A DNA stretch of 64,000 nucleotides from Vermamoeba vermiformis (GCA_045837725.1 JBEWZL010000036.1:62001-126000), one strand, 5' to 3'; positions 49,062-63,600 are shown, counted from the stretch's first letter. Numbers and translations: made by a program. The notes: a model not told the origin generated them from the letters alone.

Positions 49062-52000
49062 ATGGCTTTGATTGAACGATATGAAGATGTTAGTCTCAAG
49101 ACAATGCTCGAGCTCGACAAGGGGCTCAGATCTGACGAGATCGGAAAGCAATGTGAGGCTATTGTGAAGTTTGGCGAGCTTATGGAACAGTGGCCTCTAC
49201 CATCAGTAGTCAACACTTCCGTATTAAAATTAGCTGATGTATTTAGGGAAAGGTAAACCAACAAAAGGAAATATCTAATTTTCATTAATTTATGCGAATG
49301 ATTTGACCACCTAATACTCCATATTTATTCACTACATACGCTATGATGTATTATAAAAATATATTGAATTATGACTATTATTGATAATTTTTTTTGTTTT
49401 CAGCAACAATAACTTGGTTCGCTATTGGATCCTACGCGTAATATTAGACTCAGAGCAACAACTACGCAAAGTAGTAAATATAGATGAAGTCGTGAAGCGC
49501 GTCTTCGTCGTGTTACAAAGTAATGATCCGATCGCACGTGTACTGACACTGCGCCTGCTCGGTGCTATGGCTCATATTATAGCTGAACGCAGCGATGTTC
49601 ATCACGGGTACGCACTTAGATGGCCTTATTACCATGGTCTAACTATTTGATAGTATTCGCACGTGCTTATCATCGCACAACCGTGAGGAAGTGGATGCAG
49701 CTATTTACGCTATTGATCGGATCTGCGCTCATTCACCGAGCTTTTCACGCAGCATGTTGCACGTTATTGCAGCACTAATAGAAGGTACGAGTGACGGGCA
49801 CTTAGTAACGATACTAAAGATATTCAAATTGTTTCACAGGCCACACGACTTCACCACGCATGAAGCTGAAGTTGATTCGAGTGCTGCAGCGCATGAGCCA
49901 CGATGTGCACATGGCCACAGTGACACGTGACATTTTGATTCGGTTGACTGACACGTGTCCAACTCAAACTTTTGTCACGGTAGTTTTGAACACTTTGACT
50001 CACTTAGCAGCTCGGTCACTGCTCTTAGTTGCTGATCAGGTAATAGTAGTCGTCTATTTTATATTCACTATCTAACTAATATCATCTTAGATCTCATTAC
50101 TGTTGAACTACGTGTTCACGGATCCACGACAAACCGTCAAACTGACTGCACTAAAAAATCTTCGAGTATTAGCGAAGGACTTTCATTACTGTTCATTTAG
50201 ACTGAAGGTATGGCCTATAGTACATCATATACATATCTAATACATCTTTTATTTAGGAACTTATAGAGTTCTTCGAACATTCTGAGGATCATAACAGCCA
50301 CGAACAGATTTTGAATATAATGCTGCTGTTATTGCCTAATATGGCAATAGCGCGTGACATCGAGGCATTAAAAGCATCACAGTCGTATGATTCTACATTC
50401 GTCAAGCGAGTGCGGCACTTGTTGTTCGCGTCACCGAGCAAACAAGTCGTGCACTTGTGTGCGCGTGTGTTAGCAATGATCGTGTCAAATCACACGACAC
50501 AACAGCTGCCTAGCAATCAAAATCTCGAAGATGAGGTTGTGGCAGCAATGTGCGTGCGACTGATCACTGAACAAACACTGCCTGTGCTCCAAGCCTTGAC
50601 GCGTGTCACTTTGACATGTGCTTCAGTGAAAACTTCACAACGACACTGCTATACGATCATTCAATCAGTCGTATCGCTAATGTCAAGAGCCACAGGTACG
50701 ATCTTTACCCACAATATCGCTTGTATTTCTATTTGACAGGTCAATCATTGCGTGACTTGTGCCAGTTCTTAATTAAAGTTGTGCCTTGCTGTCCACAAGT
50801 CATATTAAAGTATTTCTTGGAACTGCAAACGATAGTCATGCGACACATTGGACAGCCAGTGGACGACGAGAACGACACCGTTCTTGCCAAGCTGTGCGCT
50901 GTGCTGTTGAGTGTTGACGACGAGCCTTGTCTCAAACTTGCAGCAGATGTCGTGGAGCACTTGATGTCGAACAAAAGACTCTGGCCCTGTTACAAGATTG
51001 GCTGTGTTGCTGCTAACAACTCGCGACATGAAATGGCCAATTCTATTTTTTCACAACTGACTCAAGTTGTAAGTACTAGCGCCATTGTTTGTCAACATAG
51101 ACACGTTACTAATGACCGCTTAGCTGAGTGCATCAAAACACTTGAACTGGTTCAAAGCACTGACGGTCCTAACGAACACCATGACGAACAAACAAAATAG
51201 GATTGAAGTGACGACGAATCAATTGGCAGGCTGTCTAACATTGTTGTCTTCAATTGACGTCGAATTACCAACAAAAGGAGACAAGGCAAGTCTATCAGGA
51301 CCAGTCACATTTACTTTTCAACGAGAGTTTGTCAATCTCAAGCTGCAGCAACTGCGCGTCAACAATAAGTTGCAGTCAATGATAGCGTCGTACCCACTGA
51401 GTCCGATGGCTTCAAAGTCACTCGTTGAAAATGCAGTGCACGAGTTCAAATCTGTGGCTAGGTTGTATAGACAACTCGGTGGATTGTTTCAACAATTAGC
51501 ACAGAAGAGAATTGACATCGACGAGACTAGTTTCGATGCCATTGAAGCCTTGCAATATGCACAGCTGACGTTAGCAACTGTCATTGACGTCTTGGTAACC
51601 AAAGAGTAAGTCCTTAGCTCAATTCCAGATACTTGTGTCTAAGCCCAATTTTAGCTCTCAAAGCAAGTCATCAACTCAACTGGTCCTGGCACAACTGCCG
51701 AAGAACTCGTCCTCAAAACTAATCACAATGTGCCGCACTATTTTGTCACACCCCAGCTTGACGACATCGGGCACAATGGGCATGTCAGAAGCACTTGCGT
51801 TCTTGAAGAGTGCAGTCACGCAGCTCGAAGCGAACTCAAAGAGCGTGCCGCCAATGTTCTTCTCAACACGTGTTGCCACGGTCATTGACTTGTCTATCAC
51901 CCCATCGCCTGCTATTCCCGGTGAAGTGCTCGTCGTGGAAGAACCAAGCGATTTGGTGCTGAACATTTCAGGACTCATCCTGCGTGACAAGACTAAGCTA

Positions 52001-52258
52001 CCACCACGCAAGATCTCGTACTTGGACCTCGAAATCACGATCTCCTCGTTAGAAGAGGACACTCAAGAGGCGACACGACAACCACTGCGCGTGAAAGCTC
52101 TGCAAGACTCATTGGCCCTCAGCACAGCCTTGTTACACTTCCCGTCAACAGGTTTGCATCGTGTCACAGTCGAGTCGAAGATTGTTGACACGAGTCAGCG
52201 CAAGTGGCTCGGTCCTAGTTCGTCGTTTGTTGTAAATTATCACGGCACACGCAGGTAG
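49062..52258 (+). CDS. INTS7: Integrator complex subunit 7
   Basis: LELDKGLRS..IGKQCEAIVKF..WPLPSVVNTSVLKLADVFR.SNN.VR..ILRV, SNDPIARVLTLRLLG match the INTS7 N-terminus. Confidence 0.9.
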
Positions 52259-52385
52259 ATCCGTCTTGTTTTGTTTGTGACCAGTAAACGAATGGTTTAT
52301 TAGACAAAAATAATACTTTAGTGAGGGGTTTTTGTACAATCAATTAACACACTAGAAACGCTTTAGTATCGCAATCTAATCACGA

Positions 52386-54073
52386 TTATTTGTTGCGTCT
52401 CTCTTGCTTGTCTTTCTCACCACCGCCACCGTCGCGCTTGGGCTTGACGAAAAAGTCATTTCTGATCAAGTTGGCACGCAACAACATGGCACGAGAGTTG
52501 TTCTGGAAATTCTCGCCCATCTTCAACGCCTTATCGAAAGTAACTGTTCTTTCATCGGTCTGCTTGGCGTACAGTCGCTTGTTGTGGCTGTCAATACGAG
52601 CAGAAATAACACCTTCAGTAATCAACTTGGACAACTCCTTTTCTAAGCCAGCCAAATCAGTGGTGAAGGCGGCAGCCATTGTGTTGAGGTCGACTGAGAG
52701 GAACGGGCTGAAGTATTGCACAATAGCCTTGTTTCTGATCTTCTCGTACAACGCACCAATGTGATCGTGCAAGTGCAAATCGAGTTGGAGGTCGTTCTAG
52801 GGAGGTCGTTAGAAACAAATGGTTGCTGAAATTTCCAAGATCTGGCACGTACCTTAAAGCGAGCCAATTTCTCGAGGCATGAGCCGTACTTGGAGTTGTA
52901 GAAGTCGTTAATAATGTCGCGAATGTCAGGGATGAGCTCGGTGAAGTTCTTGAAGTCAGAGTTCTCGAGTACTTTCTTCTTCAATTCACTGCGGTCATAA
53001 GTCGCCAAGGCACACAACGCACCGTAGACGGCAATGTCAATAGGAGCAATGACGTCGTTGAAGTGGTTGCCCAAATCAGGGCTCACTTCGAGGAACTTCT
53101 TGGCAGCTTGTTTGTATTTTCTCGAGTCCAAGTTGGCGAGACCAGAAGCAGCGTTCAACTTGGCAATAACAATGCGATCAGAAGCGCTGACAGGGGCCTT
53201 TTCAGCACCTTCCTTGGTTTGGCCCCAAGAACCGCTTTGTTCGGCCTTAGCGACGTAGCTGAGCACGTGAGCAAAGTTGCCCAACTCGATCGAGGCCTTG
53301 ATGACGTTCAAGCACATGTCAATAACGTGTTGGTTGGTCTGGCAGTAGTCACGAGCCTTGACATAAGCGCGCAAAGCGTTGTTAAAGTCACCGCGCATTG
53401 AGAAGAAGTGACCAAGTTCGTCATGTCCGTTCTGCCAACAGAAAATTGGTAAATAATGAGAAAATACGAGAACGCATTATTTATATAGTACGTTGCCAAT
53501 AAATTGTGGTATTAATTGATGAGGAAATGTCTTTGACGATTTTGCATTCAGAAATAAAGTTTTTTGTGGATTCGAATAATAAAATTGAATAGTGAGAACA
53601 ACAAGCAAAAATAATTTATGGCTATTAATATAAATTATAATTTATTCGGATAATTCAAATTTAAATTTACTTACCCTGATGGCATCCTTCAAAGTGTTGG
53701 CTTTAGCACCAGAAAGGTCAAGTTCGAGCTTTTCTTTAGTTTGAATAGCTTTCTTTTCAGTAGAAGCTTCCCAAGCTTGGTCGTGAGTGAAGCCAGGTCC
53801 CAACTTATCTCCAACTTTCTCCATTAATCTGCGGTAAAGGGATGTGTTTGTAGTATTCTTAATTTCAGTAACAGCCAATCGAAGTGCGTCAATTTCATGC
53901 TTCTTAGATCGTTCAGCAATAAATATAAGTCTAGCTATTTTAGTGTGGCCAGAATAGTTGGAAATATAAGCATCCAAATCAAAGTCTTTGCTCGGAGTGA
54001 CTTGGACAATCGGTTCCTCCTTTTGCTTGCCCTCGCTATTTGACGCGGGGGTGTTGGCCTCGTTCTTTGACAT
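52386..54073 (-). CDS. GPS1: COP9 signalosome subunit 1
   Basis: FDLDAYISNYSGHTKIARLIFIA, ARDYC, YGALCALATYDRSELK; PCI domain LHLHDH..IRNKAIVQYFSPF..ARIDSHNKRL. Confidence 0.95.
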
Positions 54074-54375
54074 GGTTTGGTGGTTGTTAGAGCAAAATAC
54101 AAATAAAGACTGATTTTTGATAATTTTGTGTTTTCTGGTCAACGCTTGGTCAATGAGCACAGCCTTTTATTGCGGTCCGAGCTTCTTGTTTTATTCAAAT
54201 CAACACTTGTTGTGCGATACCACGCAAGGCCTTCAGCTTTTTAGCACATTCTTCGGTTTTTCTTCAACGATCAACTCGGAATTGCTAAATACTGTTGGTG
54301 CTTCTTAACTTCAAGCAATTAGGAAAAACTACAACTTAACGTCAAATTATCCACATTGAAAATTTATCAAAAATA

Positions 54376-55099
54376 ATGGAGCACGACGAGATAACTCTAG
54401 ATCAAAAAATGAATCTGCGCAATAAAGGCACCCGCTATGGCATAAAAACGAGAAATACTGTTAAATACAATGCACGCGCAGATAGGTCGTATCATCAATT
54501 CCACGGTGAAATCGAGGACGTCACAAACGGCTCAATTAAAATTAGCTTGTCCAAGCGAAAGAACTGGGAGGTTGTCAAGTCTCTTGAAGGTAACTATAGC
54601 ATCCATTATAACCATTTCATTTAATAGATAGATATTTACCCTTCTATTTCATCTAGACTCGGATGCCAACGTGCGTATCATCGAAATGGACTTCAAGACA
54701 CAGGGCACATCAAACAGAGAAGTGAGACACAAGGCGTTCCCTGACGAAGAGCCCGAGCCTGAAGCACCGGTGATCGTTAACGGCACGAATCGCAAAGGCT
54801 TCTTTGTGCGAGAGAAACGACGCCCTGGCAAGCGAGGTGTCACGCGCAAAGAACGAGGAGCGGCCTCTGACGGCGAAGAGAACTCTGACTCATCAAGTGC
54901 TGAGGAGAAGGAGGATCGCCAAGAGCCAGGCGAGGAGCCTCGTGTTCTGTGCGTGTGGAAGCGAAACAACAAACAGAGTGAGCGAGATTGGCGCAAGACT
55001 TACACTGGTTGCGACTGCGAGTACTGCACTGGCATTGAGAAGAACCAAAACGCCAAGAACAGGAATGCTGTTCGCAAAGAGCTGGTGGATATTTTGTAA
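54376..55099 (+). CDS. Unknown basic protein with CxCxxC motif, tandem family copy 1 (2 exons)
   Basis: Conserved across three adjacent copies with a shared intron position: RNKGTRxGxK, VKYN, KNWE, NRKGFFVR, PGKRGV, GCDCEYC. Confidence 0.75.
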
Positions 55100-55373
55100 A
55101 GTTGTAAATTTCGGTTTTTTTTCGCAGTCAACGCTTTGTCAAATTGTGGTGTTCTGAGGCGACACGAAGTCTCGTTTGTTATATTTATTAATTAGTTGCT
55201 TACCACAACGCATCTGTAGTGCTCGTTCTGCTCCTTTCCTTCCAAGATCTCAGCGAAGGAATCTAAAGAAACCTGTCGGTGCGCTTCTAATAATCGATTT
55301 AAGAAAAATAGGAACATTATTCCTCAAACCGAGCACATAATAATCCAATTTATCCACAAAAAACACTGAAGTT

Positions 55374-56136
55374 ATGGAGCACGACGAAATTATTCTCGAT
55401 CAAAAATTGAATTTAAGAAATAAAGGCACGCGCTTTGGAATGAAGACGAGAAACACCGTAAAATACAACCGAATGGCCGATAGGTCGTATCGGGAATTTG
55501 CAGGTGAAGTAACGTACATAACACCAGAAGAAACAATTACTCTTCCGTTGGACAAGAGAAAGAACTGGGAAATCGTCACTTCTTTTGAAGGTAAGCAATA
55601 TTGCTGAGTTGTGCGTCGATTATTTAACATTCTAATCTTCACTGCCAGATTCAGATGTCAATGTCCGAATTGTTGAAGTTGGCTATTCACCACTAAGCCA
55701 GAAAAAAGCGGACAAACAATCCAAGGGTAAACTATACCCTGACGAAGAGCCTGAGCCCGAAGCGCCTGTTGTTGTCAACGGCACGAACCGCAAAGGCTTC
55801 TTTGTGCGAGAGAAACGACGCCCTGGCAAACGAGGTGTCACACGTAAAGAACGAGGAGCGGCCTCTGACGGCGAAGAGAACTCTGACTCATCAAGTGCTG
55901 AGGAGAAGGAGAAAAGTCGTCAGGAGCAAGATAAAGAAGTTGTTGTTTGCGTGTTGAAGCGCGGCAATAGACAAAAAGAGCGGGACTGGCGCAAGAGCTA
56001 TGGTGGCTGCAACTGCGAGTACTGCACTGGCATCTACAAGAATCAAAGTGCCAAGAATCGAAATGATCTTCGTTCAGAGTTAAAGTTCAATCTTCGACTA
56101 TCCAGTCCTAATTGTACGACTATTGATGACTTGTAA
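55374..56136 (+). CDS. Unknown basic protein with CxCxxC motif, tandem family copy 2 (2 exons)
   Basis: MEHDEIILDQKLNLRNKGTRFGMKTRNTVKYN...; GCNCEYC; same intron position as copy 1. Confidence 0.75.
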
Positions 56137-56330
56137 ATATGAACAAAACAATTGACCGAAGAATAGATGACGGATAAATCAAACCGAAGAATGTCAATTC
56201 GTTGTTAAAAACAATTCTTTCTCATTTTTCGCAGATTTGTGGACCACTGGTCAACGTTTAGTCAATTCTTTCTTGCCATTTAAGCGCTTGAAACAGTGTT
56301 TCGTCATTCATTCAATAACGCGCGAAACTG

Positions 56331-57004
56331 ATGGACCACAATGAGATCATCCTTGACCGCAAGACTAACCCCCGCAACAAAGGCACTCGCTTTGGAATAA
56401 AGTCTAGAAGTACTATCAAGTACAATTGGATAGCAGAGCGAGAATACCGAGCATTTACTGGCACAATCGAGGATCTTACCGAGGGATATCGATATAAAAC
56501 AAAGAATATCAGCTTGTCTAAGAAAAAGAATTGGGAAATTGTGCAAAGACTTCAAGGTCGTATCATTATCCAACGTATTCATCCGAAAGTTGACTAATTA
56601 TTGTTAATTCAGACCCCAAAATCCGCATTATAGAAGCTTTTTACGGTCCCTGCGGTGACCGCAAGGTAGAAAGTTTGGCTTTTCCAAAGCAGATAGATAA
56701 ACCGAAAGAGCCGGTGATTATCAATGGATTCAACCGAAAAGGTTTTTTTGTTCGTGCAATCCGTTCCCCTGGCAAACGAGGAGTGCGAAAGGAGACGTTT
56801 GAAAGTCAACTGACCTCGAACTACCTGGTTGAGGATAGCAAACCCGAGCGCGTTTTATGCGTCCGACGCAGAGGCTATAGGCCACAAATGTACTGGAGCA
56901 GAAGCTGGTGTTGCCGGTGCGAGAGGTGCATCCCGAACCAAAATAAGAACCATGCATCCAATAACAGATTCTATATTCGACAATTGATTGAATTAACTAA
57001 ATAA
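56331..57004 (+). CDS. Unknown basic protein with CxCxxC motif, tandem family copy 3 (most divergent)
   Basis: MDHNEIILDRKTNPRNKGTRFGIK..., NGFNRKGFFVR..PGKRGV, CCRCERC; same intron position. Confidence 0.7.
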
Positions 57005-57121
57005 ATATATGCACTATATTCTTCCCGAATTTTTTTCCCCCGCGGGTCAGTTGTTCCCGCTCGATTTTTTTCCTCTAAATTAAATATCAGTTCATTTTGT
57101 GCTTGTATTTGAAGGAACACT

Positions 57122-60100
57122 ATGGAGACTTACTACAAAGTAATTCTATATATCCCTAAAATTTAAATTTCAATTTTCTAACTGCTTTTGAAGGTTCAAT
57201 ACGCAAAGACGTCCAGATCGTCCTGTAAATTATGTAAAAAGACAATTAATGAAGGAGGACTGCGTATTGGTAAATTGATTCCATCTCCCAAGTTTGATGG
57301 TTTTATGGAATCATGGTATCACCCAAGTTGTTTCTTCAAAGTAAACGTAAGTGTTTCAACGGCCTTGATTAAGCCCGTATTCTGGATAGCCCGCATTACG
57401 TTAATAATTATTACAATGGCAAATTTATTTATTGGGTAAACCAATTATAAAATAATTTAATGCTGGATCTAGAAAGCAAAAATCGAAAGCTCGTCAGCCT
57501 TCAAAGGATTTGACACCCTGAGAATCGATGATCAACGCATGATTAAAGGAGCAATTGGAGAATCTGTTGAAGGTAAAATGGCGCACTTTTTTCAAACAAA
57601 GACTATTTTGATCTGCATCTCGTTTCTAACTATCTACAGATGATCCCGTTGTTGGCAGCGAAGAGACAGCCGCACTTAACGACAAATTCTGGGACCTCAA
57701 AGAGCAGATTGAAGACTTGCCACAGAAGGACCTTAAATACCTCCTGCAATTGAATAACATCCCACAAACTGGTGGCAAATCGTTGATGGTCAACCGTGTA
57801 GCAGATGGCATGTTCTATGGTGTTTCTATCTGCCCCATGTGCAGCGGCCGCGAGATGTGGTTCACTGAAGGCAAGTACAAGTGTCAAGCACAACTCGAGT
57901 GGGGTTCTTGCGGTTACGAAGGCAACATTGGCGTCAAAGTCGAGCCTTGGATCTCTCCCAAACACAGCGAGCACGACTTCATTGCCAAGTGGGTGTTCAC
58001 TCCTAACCCGAGACCTGCTGTCAAGGCACGCAAGCCTGTTATGACCTTCTATGAGCGCGACGCCAAGGCACCTTTCAAAGGAATGACGTTCAGCAGTTAC
58101 GGCCGAACACAACAGCGCTCTGAAGAGGAGTTGAAGAATTTTATCAAGAACAACGGAGGAAAATATGTCAGCGAAATTAACCCTGATGTACGTGTTTGTC
58201 TTGCTTCTACATATGTTCTAACGTACTCTTCCAGGTCGACTATTTAATTTCCACGTACTCCGACCTGTTGCAAAACAAAGAACCAATTCAGAAGGCACTC
58301 TCAATGCAAATAGCTATTGTTCCTGAGCTGCTTGTTGATCGATTGTATGATGAGTTCGGTTTCGATCAACAACCTTATTTGTTGGCCGGCAAGCTTCCTC
58401 CTATCGGCCTCGCCAAGTTGAAACAATCAGATCAGCCAGCCGGAGGTACTTAGCTGACAAACACCAACAACGTTGGCCCATAACTAACGTATCTTCTAGA
58501 TAAAGCAGCTGCTTCAGACTCGGCGCCAAGAAAGACCACCAAAGAAGAGATGTCATCGATGAAACAACGAAAGGGCAGACTCTACCCCGAAGCCAAGTGC
58601 CCCAACGGCAAGGTCCACGAAGATAACGGCGTTAAATTTGAAGTCATGCTCACCCAAACTGACATTGTGTCTGGCATGAACAAGTACTACCACTTGCAAT
58701 TGATTGACATGGATGGCAACGGACAGAAGTTCCTTGTCTTCTCAAAGTTCGGTCGTGTTGGTACTGACGTGTAAGTGTATCTATTTAATCCTGTTATGAG
58801 TGAATAACGTATTAACGAATCTTTACCGAAGTGGCGCTTTCTACAAATCAAATCCTTCGGGCTTAAAGGGTGCGTTGGAGATCTTCTACGAGAAGTACTT
58901 CGATAAGAGTGGCAACAAGTGGGAAGAACGAGAAAACTTCGTTAAGAAGCCTAACAAGTACTACCCGATTGAAGTCGATCTGGAGGGTGATGAGGAAGAA
59001 AAGAAGGAGGAAGAAAATGACGTTAGCATTACTGGTTTATCAAGCAATATGCTTCCTTCATATTTGGATCCGCGCGTTCAAGATATTGTCAACTTGATCT
59101 TCGACGTTACTATGATCAAGCGTCAAATGCAAGACATGAGCATCGATGTCAAGAAGATGCCTTTGGGTAAATTAACACGCAGTCACATTCAGCGTGGCTA
59201 CGAGGTCTTGAGAAAGATTGAAGACGTACTCAAGAAGGAGTAAGTTGCTCGAATGCGTTTGTTCGTTTTGTCTAACACGTGCTCTGCAGTGAGGATACAA
59301 AGGAGTTCCAGCTCTTGAACTTGTCAAGTCAGTTCTACACTTTAATTCCGCACATTTTCCCGCAAGATAAAAAGCCGCCAATCATCGATAGCTACAACGC
59401 ACTTAAGGCAAAGATGGATCAAATCGAGTCTTTGCTCGACATTCAGATCGCTTCAACACTGATGAGTGAAGAAGCTCCTCAATTCACGACCATGAACCCG
59501 ATTGACGCCAACTATAAGAAGTTGGGCATTGAGTACGTGACCACTGATGTTTTTTATACCACGACTTACTAACATTTTTCAATTAGACTCAAGCCTGTCA
59601 ACAGGTTGGGCCGTGAATGGAAGTTGTTGAACAAGTACGTCGAAACTGGCTTGCCCGAGAACGCTGACTTCAGCGTGCAAGTCTTGGACGCCTTCCAAGT
59701 CAACAGAGCTGTCGAGAATGAGAAGTTCAAGTACGTAGCGATGGGCTTAACGCGCGTGTCACTTGCTAACTGCCAAATACAGGTCCTTCAAGGATACCAG
59801 ACCGCGCAAGTTGCTGTGGCACGGTTCTCGTTTGTGTAACTACGTCAGTATTCTCAACCAAGGTCTGCGCATTGCTCCACCTGAGGCACCCACGAGCGGT
59901 TACATGTTCGGCAAGGGTCTGTACTTTGCTGACGTGTTCGCCAAGTCTGCTGGCTACTGTTACACCAACCCCGACAACAACCTCGTAAGTTAACATGTCA
60001 TTACCTACTGGAGTTTTAACTAACGTACATATCAAGGGTGTGTTGTTGCTCTGCGACGTCGCTTTGGGAGATTCTTATCAAGTTAAGAAGCCCGAGTACG

Positions 60101-60398
60101 TCGAGAAGCTTCCTGACGGCAAACTCTCGACTATTGCCTTGTCGAAGTTCGTTCCCGATCCTACTAAGGAAGAGACAGTGTAAGTAACCCGCTGTATTCA
60201 AGTTTATTGATCCGGATGCTGATCTGCTTTTACTTTAGCGAGGACAAGATTGTGATTCCTATTGGTAAATTGACCGAATCAGGCTTGGCCGACGTGTTCT
60301 TAGAGCACTCTGAATACGTTGTGTATAACGTCTCGCAAGTGCGCATCCGTTACATGCTCAAGGTCAAGTTTGAGTTCAAGAAAACTGACAAGAACTAA
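57122..60398 (+). CDS. PARP1-like poly(ADP-ribose) polymerase (one zf-PARP, PADR1, BRCT, WGR, regulatory and catalytic domains)
   Basis: [12 protein letters not shown]...[65 protein letters not shown] (H-Y-E triad intact). Confidence 0.95.
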
Positions 60399-60604
60399 AA
60401 GGCTAAACTTGCCCTCGTTGTAGACTTGTAAAAATAACCATATTATAATTAAAAGGGTTAGCACCAGACTCGTGGTCTCTGAAAGCATCACGTGATTTTT
60501 GTCGAATTTTCTAACCGCGTCTGTTCACCAAACAATTATTATTTTGCAACCATCGAAAGCCAACCAGTCCCACCTATTTCTAATTTTTGGCAACGAGGCG
60601 GAAA

Positions 60605-63600
60605 ATGTTCCGAGGTTTAATGTCTTGCTCGCGAGCCATCTCCAGGCGTGTCGCTCTCAGAACATCTACGAGCACTAAATCCAGTTTGCTCGTCAAAACT
60701 TCGCGAAAAAATGCCTCAAATATTAACGTAACACCCTTATTTACGACCAGCTCGGCTGCGGTAAGTTGCTCCAAAATTTTTCCGAATGCAACGCTAACTT
60801 CACTATTTAATTTAGATCAATGCCAAAAATTCAAAATACAACTACGCTACTAGTGCTTCATCTAAAAAAACTGATGCAGATGTAATCACGAATCGCAAGA
60901 ACCACGCAGATGTCCTTCGCTTAATTGACGCCTACCGAACCTTCGGTCACTTGATTGCTCACATCAATCCTTTATTGCCCATTAAAGAAAAGTAAGCGAG
61001 TTGTGGATCATATTTGTGTTTTTAGAAAAAATCTTCGCGTGTTTCAGCTTTTCTTCCGGATCTGGTGCACAAATACGTCAAAAAAATTCTAATTAATTTT
61101 ATCAAGATTGCCAAGCGTATTGGATCCTGCAACATACGGAATCAAGACTTCAGATGCCCAAAAAATTCCCTTGAAAGGCTTGATCTCGATCCCCGGAAAA
61201 ACCGAGGCCACAATCAAAGAGATTATCGAGCATTTGCGCGCCTCATACACCTCTATCGTTGGAGTGGAGACTAGCTTCTCTTCCGTTGAAGAGCAAGAAT
61301 GGATCGCTGAACAAATGGAGAAAAGGTACCACGAAAAGTTGGCCGGACTCACAACTCAAGATCGAGCAAAAATTTTGACAACATTGGCCAAGCCCGAGTT
61401 ATTCAATCAATTTATGCAAAAGAAGTATCCCACTGTAAAGAGATACTCTGGTGAAGGCAATGAAGCCTCTATTTTGGCGTTTGGTAAGCGAATTTAATAC
61501 TTTTAGCACGTGGTGCAATGCCATTTTGAGACTTTCATCTAACGATTGAAAACTACAGCCGAGGTTCTCAAGGGTGCTGCACGTGGTGGCGCTGATGATG
61601 TTGTTTTGACTATGGCCCACCGAGGTCGTTTGGAGACTTTGGTTTCAGTTCTCAAATACGAGCCCGTCAATATTTTCTACAAATTGTCCAAGGGCCAATC
61701 TCTGTTAGGACCTATTCGCGGTCTCGATGACGTGTTGTCGCACATTGGACAGTCAGTGGATTTGGACATTAACGGCAAACCATTGCACGTGTCATTGATC
61801 AACAATCCGTCCCATTTGGAGGTGAGTCAGATGTCCGGTTGTTCGATCATACCTTTTACTAACGTGCTTAAGCTCGCACTTCCTGTTGCTATGGGCAAGT
61901 CTCGTGCCAAGCAAGAGAACAACAGCAACTCATTGTGCGTGATGGTCCACGGAGACTCAGCAATGAGTGGTCAAGGAGTGGTCGCTGAAGTCACTAACAT
62001 GGCTTATTTGGCTGATTACACCGTTGGTGGCAGCGTTCACTTGGTCGTCAACAATCAATTGGGCTTCACTGCTACTGAGCGTGAAACTCGCTCTGCTCGC
62101 TATTGCACGGACATCGCCAAGTTGATCGGTGCTCCAGTCTTCCACGCTAATGCTGACAGACCTGAAGAAGTAGCTGCCGTCACTGAGATTGCAGTGGACT
62201 TCCGCAACAAGTTCAAGAAGGACGTGTTCGTCAACGTGATTGGTTACCGCCGCTACGGTCATAATGAAATGGACGAGCCTTCATTCACTCAACCCTCGAT
62301 GTACTCCAAGATCAGATCCACTCCTTCCGTCGTGCAATTGTACAAACAAAGCTTGGAAAAGAAGGGCGTAGCTGTCAATGTTGATGCTGAGCTCAGCGAG
62401 TTCAGCAAGTACTTGGACGAGCAATTCCAGAAGATCCAAGACTACACTCCTCAATTCCAACACCTCCAAGGCAAGTGGGCTGGATTCAAGCAGTTCTCTA
62501 TTGATGAGAGCAACGTGGACTCGTGGAAAGCTGAATGGACTCCCGAGACTGGTTTTGACGTCGAGAAGTTGAGACAAATTGGTCTCACTACTTGCAGTGC
62601 TAAGACCATTGAGGTCCACCGCTTGTTGCAGCGATACTTCCAGGGCCGAAAACAAAAGTTGGAGGCTGGCAGCGGCATTGACTGGCCGACAGCTGAGGCT
62701 TTGGCTGTTGGATCACTCGTGGTCGAAGGTCACGATGTGCGATTGAGCGGTCAAGACACTGGCCGTGGTACATTCAGTCACCGTCATTGGAAGCTTTGGG
62801 ACCAGACTCCCGCTGAATTTGACGGCGAGACAGGCGTTAAGTACGAAATGCCTCTGAACAACTTGCAATCCAAACAAGGTCGCGTCACTTCTGTCAACAG
62901 TTTGTTGAGCGAACAGGCTGTCTTGGGCTTCGGTAAGTCCTTCTTGTATTGTTATCACTTATCTAATTAATATCAGAGTACGGCTACAGCTTCGAAGAAC
63001 CGAATGCTTTGACTATCTGGGAGGCTCAATTTGGTGACTTTGCCAACGGAGCACAGATGATTATTGACCAGTTCATCGTGTCAGCTGAAGACAAATGGGC
63101 TCGTCAATCAGGCGTTGTTCTCTTGTTGCCTCACGGTTACGACGGTGCTGGTCCCGAGCACAGCTCAGCACGCATTGAGCGATACTTGCAAGCTGCCAAC
63201 GACGATCAATTCCGTCGAGTTCCTGACTCACGCGACAAATCAATTGTTCCCAACATCAGTGTCATTTACCCCTCAACTCCTGCTAACTACTTCCACGCCT
63301 TGAGACGTCAAATGAAGCGTAACTTCCGCAAGCCGTTGGTTGTGATCGGTCCCAAGACTTTGTTGCGTGATCCCATGGCCTCGTCTAGCCTTGAAGAAAT
63401 GGGCCCTGGCACTCGCTTCCAATCTATCTTCCCCGACAATAATGCAGATTCGATGAGGTACGTAACCAATACAGTCATATTTAACGCGTCCTAACTATTC
63501 GTACAGAGTCCAAAAGGTCGTTTTCTGCTCTGGCAAAATCTTTTACGAATTGTTGAACGAGCGAAAGAAGCGCAATGCTGAAGCAGAAGTCGCCTTGATT

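Noticed and set aside
53430-53675. Intronic snoRNA candidates in long AT-rich first introns (e.g. CSN1, cytochrome c)
   Set aside because: No correctly oriented C/D or H/ACA box pair with a terminal stem could be supported by eye; an Infernal/snoscan search would be needed.
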